64,000 nucleotides of DNA from the human T2T-CHM13v2.0 reference genome, Homo sapiens (GCF_009914755.1 NC_060943.1); one strand, 5' to 3'. Shown: positions 29,323 through 48,653, counted from the stretch's first letter. Program-made: numbers and translations. Notes: generated by a model from the letters alone, not told the origin.

Positions 29323-30183
29323 CCAGGTCCTAAAGTATTTCTCGAACATACTTCTGTCATTAAATATCCTTCTGCAACTTAATCCTCAAATAATGACGTT
29401 GCAGCCCACTATATTGGTTTTCCGTTATTTCCGCTGCAGACCCAACTATCCCTCATCCTTCTCCAGTCCCTTCGGCATCCTGAGCCTGTGACTGCGCCCC
29501 TTCAGTCTCTCCTAGGCCACATCCCCAAACCTCTAGGACAGGTCGTTTCCCAGACACCCTCCAGGCCAGCCTATGGCCCGGCCCGAGCAGAAATTAGTGA
29601 CTTAAATGTTGAGATGCCAGAAGACCTGGACTGGGGCATGAATTCCCAGCCCAAACTTAGCCACCCGGCTTTATCGGGATTGTGGCCCAGGTCAGTGAAG
29701 CCCCAGGTCCGGGCCGACTCCTAATTCGTGGCGTGGCCGGGAGTCGCCCTCTCCTGATCCACCCCAGAGCGCGGCTCCCTGTGGAGGGTACCCTGGGTGG
29801 TCCGCTCCCTGGCTTTTTACTGCACTTGTGAGAGGCCTTTGGGCACACACACAAACCCCACTCCCTGACCCTCCGTTTGGGGCGAGGGCGGCTGCAGCCG
29901 GGTTAACTTCGCGGACTCTGGAAGCCCTGGCGGCGGGCCCGGCCGCCCCTTCCCGGGTTTGCGGCTACATTTTTCTGAAGCCTCCACGGCCCCACAGCCT
30001 TTTTCTAGCCGTCAGCGGCCAACTATTGCTGCCTGGGCCTGTGTGTTTGCCCAGTTCCTGGGAGGGTGCTCGGGTGCAGCTGGGCAGTCTGGCCTCGGCT
30101 TCACTGGAGGCGGGGAACTGGACATGACTGTGAGCGCCAGTGACCGTGGTGCGGTCCAGGCCCCGGGTGGCGCACCCACCTCT

Positions 30184-30210
30184 GGACTACATTTCCCAGG
30201 GGGCCCCGCG
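30184..30210 (+). promoter_or_regulatory. ACTACAnnTCCCA (ZNF143/THAP11-type SBS) promoter motif
   Basis: GGACTACATTTCCCAGGGGGCCCCGCG matches the extended SBS motif common in KZNF and bidirectional promoters; a degenerate copy GGCTACATTTTTCTGAAG sits at ~29963. Confidence 0.75.
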
Positions 30211-30239
30211 GCCAACCTTTTCCGGCCGAAGAAGGCTAG

Positions 30240-30354
30240 TCACCTTTCCTTGGCGGGTGTTGGAAAGCAAAGGGCTGGAACGTCCCGGGCTGCGGAGCTC
30301 GCTGGGTTGGGATGGACTCGTTCAGACCTGAGTGCTAGGACGCCGAAGGGGGCG
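30240..30354 (+). other. ZNF568: Candidate non-coding first exon of the downstream unit (start approximate)
   Basis: Lies just downstream of the SBS motif and ends in a donor-like ggcg|gtgagg at 30354/30355. Inferred from position only. Confidence 0.35.
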
Positions 30355-31464
30355 GTGAGGCGTCCCGGCGAGGAGCTGGGGTCGTCTGGAGTTTAAAAGA
30401 CAGGTGGCTCTCGGAGATGTGCGGGCTGCATGCCCACGCTTCACCGCTAAGGGAGGTCAGGGCTGTGCGATGGGGAAGGAAGAGAGTGTCGGGGCGGTGC
30501 AGTCGGGATGGGAGAAGAGTGTCAGGGCCACTGGCCCCCAGCTCGGCAGAGGGCAGTGTCGGGCCGCGCGCAGGCAGGGAGTGGGTGTGGTGTGAGGCTG
30601 GCGCTGGAGCGGTCTGGGAATGTTAGGAGGTCTAGGGTATCGCGGCCCTGCGTCCTCTTGTCTGGACTAAAAGTCCGGGCAGTTCTCCCCGGACCTGGAT
30701 TGTGGGCCCAGCGACAGGTGCTTGGCGATCTGTGCCCGCTGTGCCTGCGGGGCTGTGGTGGGAGTCCTGTCTGCACGGGATTCTGTGTGGCTGTGCATGT
30801 AAGTGTGAGCGTGTGCCGGGTCGTCGACCCCATCTTTGGGAGGCCTGGGAGGGGGCGGGACACCCTCGCTGTACATTCTGGGGATACGCTGGGCGGGGTC
30901 TGCCCTGTGGATGGGTCCTGGCCGTCTACGCAAACCCCAACTGAGACTAGTCAGTAGGTAGTGAATCTCTGTGAATGGCCTTCCCTCCACCGGGTCTATC
31001 TCTGGTGTGTGTTGAGGGTGGAAATGGTTCTAGAGTTTGGGGCTGGGAAGTCCCTGCTATATCCACTTCTCTGTTCTTTCACCCAGTAGCCACCAGGGAT
31101 CTAGACCCATAAAGGTGCCCCCAGCCTAAAGGACAGCAGTTTGAGACCCTGACAGGTGGGTCCATTTAAGCTGTGTCTTGGCGCCACAGACTTTTGGGCT
31201 CAGTGTAAGACGCTAGGCCTGAAAGTTTCCCAAGTTAGGCTGTTATGGAGGAAGAGGGCTACGGTCTGGGGGGCTCTCCCAGGACTTCTCTCTGGGCTCC
31301 TAAGGTCACCTGCATTTTTTTGTGAGGATGACAGAGAGCGGTGGCGTTGCAGCTTCTTTGGTCTCCCTTTCAGTGCCTGGGGTGGGGCAGGAGTTTGGCC
31401 TCCCAAGGGGTTCAGGGAGGGATTCAGGATGGCTTCTTAACGTTTTTCCACATCTTTCTTTAAG

Positions 31465-31511
31465 AACCCAGAAGAGGAGAGAACTGCTGTGCGTCTGAAG
31501 TGATGGCGGAG
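31465..31511 (+). CDS. ZNF568: 47-nt bridging/ATG exon, (E)PRRGENCCASEVMAE
   Basis: Acceptor catctttctttaag| and donor gag|gtaagt. Enters in phase 1 and exits in phase 0 with no stop. ATG at 31503 has strong Kozak context (GTGATGG) and is in frame with KRAB-A. Confidence 0.85.
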
Positions 31512-31871
31512 GTAAGTTGCATTTGACATTTTCTTGGAAAGGACTTACTGGTTTTCGGGACAGTGTCCTATTTCAGAAATTTATCTAAAATATTTACATT
31601 CATGATTTGGACAAAGGGGAAGAGGGGAGGAAACTGCATTTATGTAGCATTTTCCTAAAGCAGCCTAGGGCTGTCTATTTTGCAAACATTGTCTCATCTG
31701 ATCTAGAATTTCCACTTCCCTGGATTTTATTCATGCTCACAACAGTGTTGACAGAGAACATGCCTCAGTGATTTGGCAGGGAAATTGAACAACAGAATTA
31801 GCTTTTTCAGTCTCACTGATTTCTGCATTGTCCCCTCCATGATCATATGCAATAGCCTTTTTGCTTACCAA

Positions 31872-33986
<2,115 letters not shown>

Positions 33987-36016
33987 CTACATCACCTACT
34001 GAGTTCCTTTGCCCACTTGTCAAAGAATGCTATTTTTTAATTTATTTTAAACAACATTTCATATGTTCAGCATATTTTCTCTTTGTCATTTATACGTTGT
34101 TTTAGAAATATTTTTTCACAGTTAATCTATTTTGTGTGCTTTTAGATTCATTTAGTTTTCATAAATGTATTCAGATAAATCAACTCTTTTCTTAAAATTT
34201 TTCCCTTTTTGCTGTGCCAGATGGTCTTTCTTACCACAAAAATAGAATAGTTACTTTTATATTTTCCTAAAATACTTTCTGTCTTTTATCCAAACAATCT
34301 AGTCTTTAAGGTGTCTCCTGTGATATCTCACCAGAGAATGTTGGCTATAAAATTCCAAATTTGGAGTGTTTATTTAGATTTTTTATGCAACTTTGGAGTA
34401 ATATATTTTAAAGAGTGGCATGGTATTTGTAGGATGTGAAATTTAAGGTTTTTTTGTTTTGTTTTGTTTTTTGTCCTGGATATGTCTGGATGTAGCACTT
34501 ACTTCATTAATTCTGGCCAGTCCTCAAGAATTACTTTCACTCTAAGACTAAAGAAACATATTTTCTATTCTGAATTAATCAGTTTCTTTCTCTTTGATTT
34601 TTCTTCAGAATTCTGTAAGAATTTGTTGAATTTCTCTTCCCATTACTATAGAGGCCAAAACCTTCCTAAGATTATCAGAAGATCACCACACCCTCCCCGT
34701 CCATTCCCTGCACACTGGTGGGGAGGAAGCTTCAGTTCCCCTTGCACTTCAACCCTTCATTGTCTATTTCTCCCTGTATCTTCTGTCCTGAAAATATTAA
34801 TTGCCCTTTGTCCCTGCTAATGGGAGGCTGTGAATTGTGATGAAAGGGTAGAATCTTAGCCCATTTCTGCCATTTGCTAGCTCTGTGACCATGGGCTTCC
34901 TCATAATTTCAGTTTGGGGAATGTGATGATAATGGAAATTCACCTGCACTTACACTGGCAACCTGGGGTCCCCCAGCTCCTACCTTCTGGTCTCCCCAAC
35001 ATCCAGTGAAGTGCCCAATTTCATTGCTTCTTTTCTTTTCCTGTTCTGTGAGCTTATGCCCTAGGGCCTCACTCCACTGTCTTTTGCCTTGTGGGAGTAG
35101 ATACTACATTGAACTGATTGGGCTCCCTGGCTCCACTTTTACTCTTTGCCAATAAGATAATCCAGTAATGTCACCTTTTGAATTTTGTTCAGTGAATCCC
35201 TGGTACTTTCAGGATAAATCTCCAACTCTTTCACATTCATTGCATATTTACTAAAAAGCATATTCTGTATTTAGCAGAGCACAAAGCCTAATGTTGGAGT
35301 AAAGTGGTGAGCAAAGATGATGTGTTTAGTCCTGGCAGGTATAACCTGTCATTCAAAACATTTCCTGTCCTGATTCCTGTGGAGTTCTCCAACATCACTT
35401 CTCTCTACTCCTCCCTCAGAACCCCTCATCAGCTATCCCAGTTAACTTTCTGCTCCTCAGAAACACAGGGTGCAATTGGTCTCCCTTCTTACCTCCATCT
35501 TCTGCTCTCTCTACTTGGAGTGCTGTTCAGTGTGTTTTCTGCTTGTTGGAATTCTGTTCTTTTTCTAAGTCCCAGTTAATCTTCCACACATTATGTGAAA
35601 CTTTCCCCACACCCCTCAACCTGAGTAGGTCACTATTTTCTTATTTCCTATAGCAAGATTCTTCTTTTAATGGGAGGCAACGTATCCTGCTTAAAAACCC
35701 CTCAGTTAATTATTTCATCTGTGAGAACAAGTTTAAATGTCTCAGGATTGATCCTTCTTTTCAGCCTCGTCTCTCTGCTCTCTCTCTGACTTTACACTAG
35801 TCGTGTTAAACTACTAGCAGTTCCCAGATTGCACAGTCTATCTCATGCGTCCATTGTGCAAGAAACACAAGAAGGGCATTTATCCCTCACCACCCCTTTC
35901 TCTGGGTTCTACTGAACCTAGTCAAGAACAGCATCTATGAAACCTGTGTCAGTCTCATGGTTGCGCTTGGTCTCAATTGCTGTATCTCTTATAGTCGTTT
36001 TCATACTATATTGTAA

Positions 36017-36151
<135 letters not shown>

Positions 36152-37462
36152 TAGCTGGGATTACAGGCATGTGTCACCACACCCAGCTAATTTAGTGTTT
36201 TTTATAGAGACGGGGTTTCTCCATGTTGGTCAGGCTGGTCTCAAACTCCCCACCTCAGGTGATCCGCCCGCCTTGGCCTCCCAAAGTGCTGGGATTACAG
36301 GTGTGAACCACCGCACCTGGCCTTTAACTGTCTTTTTAAAACTGCTTTTTATTAAATATTGAATAGTAGAACATGTGTAATATATTAAGGGGGACTGAAC
36401 ACCCATGTTAAGAGGTAGAATGCTAATGTTAGAAATCCCATGTGTGCTTTGATCTTCCCAATCTAAATCCCCTTCTTTAGCTGTCAGAGGTATCTGTTAT
36501 TCCGAATCTTGTGTTTGGCATTTCCTTGTTTTTCTTTACAGTCTTAACCATATGTGTTTATTTTCCTGTTCTAATTTGATGTCAAGAAATCATACTGTTT
36601 GGATTTTTCTGCAACTCTATTACTTGTCCTCCAACGAGTGTTCAAGAGATCCATTCACATTGCAAACTTATCCTACTGTATAGCCATCCATTGTAAGAAT
36701 ACATTTTTTCATTTATATTGTGTACATTACTCCAGTGAACATTCTTGAACTCCTCTTTTTGTATCCTGTGCAAGAATTTCTGTATGTAACTAAAAAAGGA
36801 ATTGCTAGCTCATAGGTTATATGCATTTTCAGCCTTACTCAACATTGCCCAGTTGTTTTCTAAAGTGTTTATTATACTCATTTACTATTCCTTTTACTTC
36901 GTATCCTCACCAACACTTGGTATTATTAAATTTTAAATTTTTACGCACTTGGGTATGAGTTGATATGTATTATTTTGATTTCAAATTTGCATATTTTGGT
37001 ACTAAATGAGGTTGAGCCCCCCACCCCCGCAACTTTCATGCTCATTGGCATTCATGTTTTCTCTTTTCTGAAGTACAATTTTATGTCATTTCTAATTTTT
37101 CTATTGATTTTTATATTTCCAGAGTTTTTGTTCCTTTTAATGCTTTGTATGCATTTCTTAAATATTGTGGATTGTCGTCCTTGCCGGTTATATGTGCTGT
37201 GCATGCTTTCTTACTTTAACCTTTAAATGATGGTAGATATTCTCAATTTTAATGCCTTCAAATTTAATGCTGTTTTCTTTAATTTATTTACATCTTGTGT
37301 ATGAAATCTCTCCTCTCCTAAGAGTAAAGATATTATCCCTATTTTCTATAAATGATATTATTTTGCCTTTAATGTTTAAGTCTTCAATTCACTTGGAATT
37401 AATTGTAGGGTGTGGTATTTCCATTTGGATAATATCTGAAACATCATTTATTGAAAAGGCCA

Positions 37463-38130
37463 TTGTAAAGGATTAGGCAAACTGCAAGGTCTGAGGGAAC
37501 AGTCCCTACAAGATGCCGTCACTCAGACACCAGCTACAACTTAAGAGGTTCCCATGACCACTCTCACTTTAGACCAGCTAGCTACAAATTCAGGTATTTC
37601 CACCACCACCACCCTTAGGTATAATAATTCAGTAGAAAGCCTCACAGAACTCAATGAAAGCTGTTATATTCACAGTCATATTTATAACAGGGAAAGGATA
37701 CATTGGGTTGTATTACCCTCCCAGTATTGATGTTTGGCAGTACACCCAGAGTATTGTCAACCAGAGAAGCTCACTCAAGCTTCAGTGCCCAGTTTTTACT
37801 GAAGCTTCATTACATAGGCATCATTGATTGAATCATTTTCCATGTGCACCAACTCAGTTTCCAGCATCTGTCCTCCCTCCTTGCCTGAAAGTCAAGCTGA
37901 TACCACACGGCTCAAAGTCCCAAGACCGATTACATGGTAGAAGTAGGTGTGGCCAGCCCCAAGCCCTAGTCATCTCATGAGCATAAACTAACAGACGTGG
38001 TCTTAGGGGCTCACCATAAATAACAAAGACATTCCTATCACTCAGGAAATTCAAAATGTTTAGAGGTTGCTTCCCAAGAGCTGGGACAAAGGCCAGACCT
38101 CTTTTTGGAGGCCACATTCCTTACTACACA
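37463..38130 (-). mobile_element. MER21-like ERVL LTR
   Basis: TG...CA bounded; ataattcagtagaaagcctcacagaactca..gaaagctgttatattcacagt segment. Confidence 0.65.
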
Positions 38131-38753
38131 GTCCTCCTTTCTATGTACTTCAGTGGCAGTTCTGTCATAAATTAAGTTTCCCTATGTATATGTTTGTCTA
38201 TTCTGGGCTCTCCTTTCTAATCTGTCCGTCCGTTTGTCTATTTAAACCATACTGCCTAAAGACTGCTTTCTAGTAATGTCTGATATTTGGTAAGTCACAT
38301 GCCTCTACCATGGTCCTGTTCTCTAGAAAGGTCTTAGCTGTTCCTAGGTTTTGGCTTCATACACATTTTAGAATTGGCTTATCAATTTCTGTAGAAATCC
38401 AGTTGGGATAATGATTTATAATGCATTAAACCTTCGATCAATTTGGGGAAAGTTGACATTTTTACGGTATTGAGTCTTCCTCTGCCTCTAAATAACTCTG
38501 CTTACTTGAGTCTTGTGGAATGGTTTTCAATAAATATTTTATAATTAGAGTCTTACACATCTTTTGTTAATTTTATTTCCAGGTATTTTTATATTTTGTG
38601 TTTTTCTTAGATGACATTAACTTTAGAATATAGACTGGGTGCTGTGACTCACGCCTGTAACCCCAACACGTAAGGAGACCGAGGCAGGCGAATCACTTAA
38701 GCCCAGCAGTTTGAGACCAGCCTGGGCAACATAGTGAGACCCCATCTCTACTA

Positions 38754-38948
<195 letters not shown>

Positions 38949-40009
38949 TCATTGTTTCTGGTATATAGACTTGCCATTGATTTTTTTTTTCTTAAAACTC
39001 CTATGACAGATTATTGCAGTTGATTTTGAGATATTGATTTTATATCCCCCCACCTTGCTTAACTCTTATTTATTCTGACGTCTTGTAGATTCTTTTGGAT
39101 GTGGGGTCATCCAACTTGATCATATCATTGATGAATAAAGATACTTTTTGGTTGTAAATAATTGTCTTTGTCTATTAGTATTGATTTCTTTTCTTCTTTT
39201 TTAACCTTTATTTTAATTCTTATCTTGCTGCACTGTCTCCACCTCCCAGAACAGTTTTGAATGGTGAATATGGGCACCCTGTCTTATTCACAGTTTTAGA
39301 TACTTCACTTTTACTTATGTTTGCACTTGTTTTTTTTGTAGGTGTCCTTTATCAGGTTAGGGACGTTGCTTTTTATTGCTAATTCGCTCTTGAGTTTTTA
39401 TCATGAAGGAATATTGCATTTTTAAAATGCCTTTTCTGCATCCATTGAATTGATTGGTCAGGTGTGGTGGCTCATGCCTGTAATCCCAGCACTTTGGGAG
39501 GCTTAGTCGAGCAGATCACCTGAGATCAGGAATTCGAGACCAGCCTGGCCAACATGGTGAAACCCCATCTCTACTAAAAATACAACAACAAAAAATTAGC
39601 CGAGCGAGGTGGCAGGTGCCTGTAATCCTAGCTATTTGGAAGGCTGAGGCAGGAGAATCGCTTGAACCTGGGAGGCAGAGGTTTCAGTGAGCCAGGATCG
39701 CGCCATTGCACTCCAGCCTGGGTGACAAGAGCAAAATTCCATCTCAAAAAGAAAAAGAAAAGAAAAGAAATGATCCTAAGTGTTTTCTCTTTAATCTGTT
39801 AACGTGCCTAATAATTTTAATTTATTTCCAGTATCATGTACACCTTTATTGGGAAAAACCTAACTTAGCCATGATGTGTGATGAATTTTTACATATTACT
39901 GGATTCAGTTTGCTAATAACTTGCTTAGAATTTTAAATCTGTGGCATGTGTAAGACTGGCCAGTAATTTCAATTCTTCATAATGTCTTTATACAAGTTAC
40001 TCTATCCCA

Positions 40010-40306
40010 GGAGAACTGTGGCCTTGGCCTGTGAACCAAGATTGTTTTCTACATTTTTAAATGGTTGGGGGAAATAATCAAAAGAATTATATTTTATGAC
40101 ACATGGAAATTATATGAAATTCAAATTTTAGTGTTCATGAATAAAGCTTTATTGGAACATAACCACATTCATCCATTTATGTAACATCTATGGCTGCTTC
40201 TGTGCTGCATGGCAGAGTTGAGGAGTTGCAGCAGAGATGGTATGTCCCACAGAGCCTAAGATACTTACTATTTGGCCCTTGACAAAAAAAGTTTGCTGAC
40301 CTCTGG
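40010..40306. mobile_element. MER58B-like hAT element
   Basis: aataaagctttattggaacataaccac...tttggcccttgacaaaaaaagtttgctgacctctg. Confidence 0.75.
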
Positions 40307-40811
40307 TCTAGCCTCATAAAATATATCAGTTTTCCTTTTCTTTTTCCCATGGTAGGATCTGGGAGTACTCATGTTATCAATGGTGTGAGCAAGGCCACTC
40401 TTCAGATTATTTGTTTATTCCCTGTCTTCTATGCCATTTACTACCCGCATCCTCCCCCCGCCCATAAGGCAGTCGTGTTAATGTGCATCGTTTTCTTAGT
40501 ATGTATTCATTCATGCAAAATGTTTTTCTCTTTTGTTAAGGTCCAGGGTGGTCAGTTTTTCAAAATCTTCCATATATGATTGAGAAGAATGTTATTTGAA
40601 TTGAGTGCATTGTTCTATATGCAGCCATTAGATCAAGCTTAATTTAGTATCTAAATATTCTGTTTTTACTGACTTTTTGTCTGTTGTATCTATCAGTTAT
40701 TTCTAGTGTTTTGTTAAAATCTGCCACTGTGATTAGGGTTTGTCTATTAGAGTTTCTATTTCATTTATGCATATGTGTATGTATATATAATATGTATTTA
40801 TTATTTATTAG

Positions 40812-41179
<368 letters not shown>

Positions 41180-42514
41180 TGATCCCCCCACCTCGGCCTC
41201 CCAAAGTGCTGGGATTACAGGCGTGAGCCACCGCACCTGGCGACCAGCTTTGTTCTTTAATGAGAGTATTTAGTCATTTACAGTGCTTGTAATTACTAAT
41301 ATAATTGAAGGTATCATTTTTGTGCTTTTAATTCTACCTTTTCTGTATTTCATTATCTTCATTTCATTTTCCCTTCTATGAGTTTGAAAGTTATAAGCTA
41401 TTTGTGTTTATTTAGTGGTTACCTTGAAAATTTCAATATACTTTCTTAACTTATTAGTGTCTAAAACTAAAAAATATTATTATATTCTTGGTAAATAAGG
41501 AAGTAGGATATATTCTAACTAATCAAACAACTTACATTATTGTCAGGTATTTTTCTTCTTTTTTTAACCCATAAGAAATTTTTATTTTATGTATTGAGTG
41601 TTAGCTTAGATTATCCATGTATTTACGGCTTTCTTGGTTCACCATTCTTTCTTACATGTCAAGCTCTCCATCTGGGATCACTTTCCTTTAGATGGAATTA
41701 AATAGTAAATTTCTCTCTGATTTTGGTGTTTGTTTTTTTTTTAACGTCTTTATTTGCCCTCATTTGTGAAAGGTGTTTTACCCTCACACTGGGATATTCC
41801 GCTGTCTTCTGGTTTACATTTTTGTTATTAAATAGTCATCTGTCAATCAGACTTTTTTTTTTCTGTAGATAATCTATCTTTAATCTCAAATTGCTTTTCA
41901 TGTATTCTCTTTGTATTTAGTGCTCTGCAGTTTTGGTGTGATTGTCTAGGCATGGATTTATTTTTATTTATTCTGTTTAAGACTTATTGGGCTTCCTGAA
42001 TCTGAATAATGCCTTTGCCAATTCTGAAAATTTCTTAGCTGTCCTGTCTTCCAATACTGCCATTTTCTTAATTCTTTCTCTTTTCTCCTTCTAGAACTTC
42101 AGTTAAATATCTATTAAGCCATCTCACATTATCTTCTTAATCTCTCTTCTGTACATCTGCTCATTTGTCTTTTTTAATTGCATTCTGCATAATCTCTTTT
42201 TATACCTTTCAGTCCAGTAATTTTTCTCTTCAGAGAGATTTATTCCAGCCATTGTATGATTTAAGTATGTTTTTTATTTTATATTTTTATTTCTTTTCCT
42301 TTTTTTGAAATCTACTGTCATCTTTGTGAAGTTTTCTTATTACATTGCTTCCATTTTAAAAACATGTAATATGCTTGTTTTATAATTTTTGGCATTATCT
42401 GTATAATATATGAATCTTTTACAGAGGTGATTCCTCCTGCCCCTCAACATTTTATTAGGGAAATTTTCAAAACATAATGAAAAGTTGAAACAATTGCATG
42501 ACTGATTTTCCTGA

Positions 42515-42745
<231 letters not shown>

Positions 42746-45117
42746 TAAGTAGAGATGGGGTTTCCCCAGATTGACCAGGCTGGTCTCGAACCCCTGACCT
42801 CAAGTGATCCGCCCACTTTGGCCTCCCAAAGTTCTGGGATTACAGGCATGAGCCTCTACACCTGGCCATTTTTTTTTAAATTTGATTTTTTGTTTAGGCA
42901 AAATTCACATAATATATAGTTAACCATTTTCAAGTGCATAGTTCAGTGACATTTAGTTCATTCACAGTGTGGTGCTGCTTTATTTTTGACTCATAGGTTA
43001 TTTTCCTTGGAATTCTACCCCATAGATTCTTGAGGCCTGATTGAAGGTTGTTCCTCTAGGGCAGATCTGTGTTTGCTTCTACCAGGAGCCCCGCCAAACC
43101 AGGACCACCGTAAAGTAAACACATGGCAAGTTTTTTAGATCCACCTTAGTATTGTTATGTGAACTGCAGGCCTGTGTGAGGGCTGGCTTGTAGTTACAGT
43201 TCCTCAGAGGAAAATGCTTCCCTTCTGCCATCTGCCAAGGTTCAAGTCAGGCAGTTCTCCTAGCAGACCCTAGGAATGGGAATGCCACATCTAGTTTTCC
43301 CTTACTCTAAGGGCGTGGTTCTAGAGGTCCCAGGTCTTTGTAGTATGGAATTAATTAGACCCCCCAACTTGGCCAGCTATAGGCTTGATCTTCTCTCCAC
43401 CTGCTCCTTAATATCATGAATGTCAAAGCTTATGGTCTTCTGGGCTCCATAGACATTCCCTGGGCAAAATAAGCCTCAGTGGCTCAGCTTACCCCTCTCT
43501 GTTCCCATTTTGACATAGTTTTATCTGCTGAAGATTACTTTACTTCTCTGTCAGCTCATCCTTGAATTCTAAAATATTTTTGATATTCAATCTCTTATTT
43601 TTCAGCTGGTGATTTGGTTGTAGTAACTAGTCCCCCACAGAGCCTGGTGTCCTATGATTGATTTTCTTCTTTTCCCCCCTCCGTGACTGAGCTTTTTAAG
43701 AGGAAATGCATGCTAGGTAAGAGTTATCTGCGACCCTGGTGCCCACGTAGAGCCAGAGTCATGGGGATTTGATTCGTATTTTTGGATAAGAGAATTTTGT
43801 TGACACAGCTGCTCCTCTCTTCCCATTCCCTTCCGCCTTTGATCTCCCTTCATAGACTGCTGTGATCTGCAGTGACAAACACAGCAGACCTAGCATTTTC
43901 CGCTCCCCTAAGTGCAGGGGCCAGCTGAGGGTTCTTTCAAAGGATCAGGAAATTCCCAGGTTGCATCTACAAGAGCCAGAAGTTAGAAGGCAACCAGCTG
44001 CAGACTTGGTTATTTCTCAGTAGATTCAGAACCCAGCATTGCCACTGTAACTGCAGATTTGAGTAAATGACTTCTCTTCTCCAAGCTAAAGTTTCCTTTC
44101 AGTTAGGATTCATGACCTTCTCATGAGGATTAATATATGTAAGGCACCAGGAACTTAAAGTGCTTAAAGAACAATGATTGTCCTTGAGATGCAGTGTGCA
44201 GTGTGCAGTGTACAGCAGTAAGGTTAGGGGTAGTAGCAGGAGAGAATGTCAGGCAGGAAAGCCATGGGTAATCTCGGTTTGGAACCAGGATGTACTGGCT
44301 GTGAGGATTCCTGGAACTGTGGTTTCATGCATTGTGTATCTGGGTAATTGAGCCCTGCTGAGGCTGCTGAGAGCCTGCTGATCCTGTGGGTTGTCTGGCT
44401 CAGTGCTGGTCATTCTGGAGAGTCTTTGCAGAATGAGGTTTTAGTTTTAGTTCCAAAGGCCCCAGTTCTGGGATATACGAACAAAGCCCAGGAAGTGGCT
44501 GGTGCATAGAACACCAGAATTTATTCCTCTATCTCTATTAGGCTTGAGGGAGGCTGGAACCCTCTGTTGTAGAAATCTTTGTCCAGAGCTGGGCCTGCCC
44601 AGGTATCCTGTGCTCCTGGGCCTTGAGGGCTCCCTCAAGTCTTTGGGGTGCCTTCCATGGCTGAGGGTCTCAGTGATATCCAGGTTGTACAAAAGGGAGC
44701 CCAGGCCCTGGGCTCTGATCAGCTCCTGACAGTGGGGAAGTTGTTTCTTCTGAGTCTGTTATTCTATAGTTGGATTCCCTGGGATTCAAGAAAGACAAAG
44801 GTTTGTTCATTCTTTCTCAAATCTCAGAGAGAAAAAAAACACAGACTCTGTGTGTGTGTGTGTGTGTGTGTGTTGGGGTACCAAAAGCAGGGATGGGGTG
44901 AAGGGATTCATTCTCAGGCCTTTGGGGACCTTGAGGTCAGTCTGATGAATTTTGTCAACAAAATTCTCTTATCCAAAAATATCAGTCAAATCCCCATGAC
45001 TTGCTTTTTCTTCCTTTTTTGCTTTCTCAGGCTTTCTCTAGGAGAAACCTAGGGTATAAATTTTGTAGTTGTAAAAGCTATTATCTATGTGTTAGTATGT
45101 CTCCTCTCCTTCATTGA

Positions 45118-45303
<186 letters not shown>

Positions 45304-45313
45304 TAATTAACAA

Positions 45314-45732
45314 TGTATTAGTCCCTTCTCGCATGCTATAAAGAAATACCTGAGACTGGGGATTTTATAAAGAAAAGAGGTTTAATTGGCTCACAGCTCC
45401 AGCTCCACAGGCTGTTCAGGAAGCATGATGCTGGCATCTGCTCCGCTTCTGGGGGTGCTTAGGAAACTTACCATCCTGGTAGAAGGCAAAGGAGAAGCCA
45501 GCACTTCACCTGGCCAGAGCAGAAGGAAGCAGGGAAGGTGCGGGACACTTTTAAACAGCCAGATCTCGTCAGAACTTACTATCATGAGAACAGCAACAAG
45601 GGGGTGGTACTAAGCCATTCATGAAGTATTCACCCCTGTGTTCCAGTCACCTCCCGCCAGGCCCTCCCTCCAACATCAGGGATTAGAAATCCACATGAGA
45701 CTTGAGTGGGGACACAGATCCAAACCGTATCA
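45314..45732 (-). mobile_element. MSTA/MSTB-like MaLR solo LTR inside an L1MA 3' end (~45290-46075)
   Basis: tgtattagtcc...gctataaagaaatacctgagactggg...gggacacagatccaaaccgtatca. Confidence 0.85.
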
Positions 45733-46216
45733 GACACATTGTAATCCTAGCACTTTGGGGTCATATTTATGGGGTACAATTTGATGTTTCAATACATATC
45801 TATGTGGTATAATGAGCCAGTCAGGGTAGTTAGTGTATCTATCACCTCATGCATTTATCATTTCTTTGTGGTAAGAACATTCAAAAGCCTCTCTTCTAGC
45901 TATTTTGTAATATACAATATTTTATTGTTAAACCATAGTCACCCTACTGTGCAATAGAGCACCAGAATGTATTCCTCCTGATTGTAACTTTGTACCCACT
46001 GACCGACCTCTCGCGTTTTGTACCCCCACCCCGTCTCTGGTAACTACTGTTCTGCTCTCTGCTTCTGAATGCCTTCTTTTTGCTTTAGAAGATTTGAACA
46101 GATTGAACAGATTTCTTTTTCCTAAAACTTCTTGGCTTCCCCAGGGACTTGTTCCCCAGTTCTTCCCATTCCAGTCAGTAATGCTATCAAAGACTGCTAT
46201 CTCTTTTATTGATTGA

Positions 46217-46520
<304 letters not shown>

Positions 46521-46939
46521 TAAGGGCCCCTCTGTTCTCCAAGAAGTGTTTAGGTATTTATCAGCAAACCTCTTAGCATTTATAAGTTTCTTTGAGACAA
46601 CATCTTGCTTGGTCACCCAGGATGGAGTGCAGTGGCACAATCATGGGTCACTTCAGCCTCAACCTCTGGGGCTCAAAGAGCTCCTCCTGCCTCAGCCTCC
46701 CAAGTAGCTGGGACTGCAGGTACATGCCACCTTGTCCGGCTAATTTTGGATTTTTTTGTAGAAACGGGATCTCACTGTGTTGGTCTTGAACTCCTGGGCT
46801 CAAGCAATCCTCCCACCTTGGCCTCCCAAAGTGTTGGGATGACAAGAGTGAGCCACTATACCAGGATTAGCATTTTTTAGATGCATGTTCTTCCACCGAG
46901 AGTACTGATGGAGTAGGAAAACCAATCCTTGCTGGAAAC

Positions 46940-48653
<1,714 letters not shown>

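Larger units (their letters stand above)
29600..31000. promoter_or_regulatory. CpG island / internal promoter of the downstream KRAB-ZNF unit
   Basis: Sharp rise in GC and CpG density (e.g. ggcggcgggcccggccgcccc, gggccgcgcgcagg) against an AT-rich, CpG-depleted background; lies ~0.5-1.5 kb upstream of an ATG-bearing exon. Confidence 0.85.

Noticed and set aside
29488-31440. Cluster of 60-150 aa ORFs
   Set aside because: Stop-poor GC-rich CpG island; no recognisable domains.
43590-45060. Possible extra exons (ttttcag at ~43605, ctag|gtaaga at ~43715, tttctcag at ~45030)
   Set aside because: Isolated splice-like motifs with no coherent frame; 31511->48198 is already in frame.
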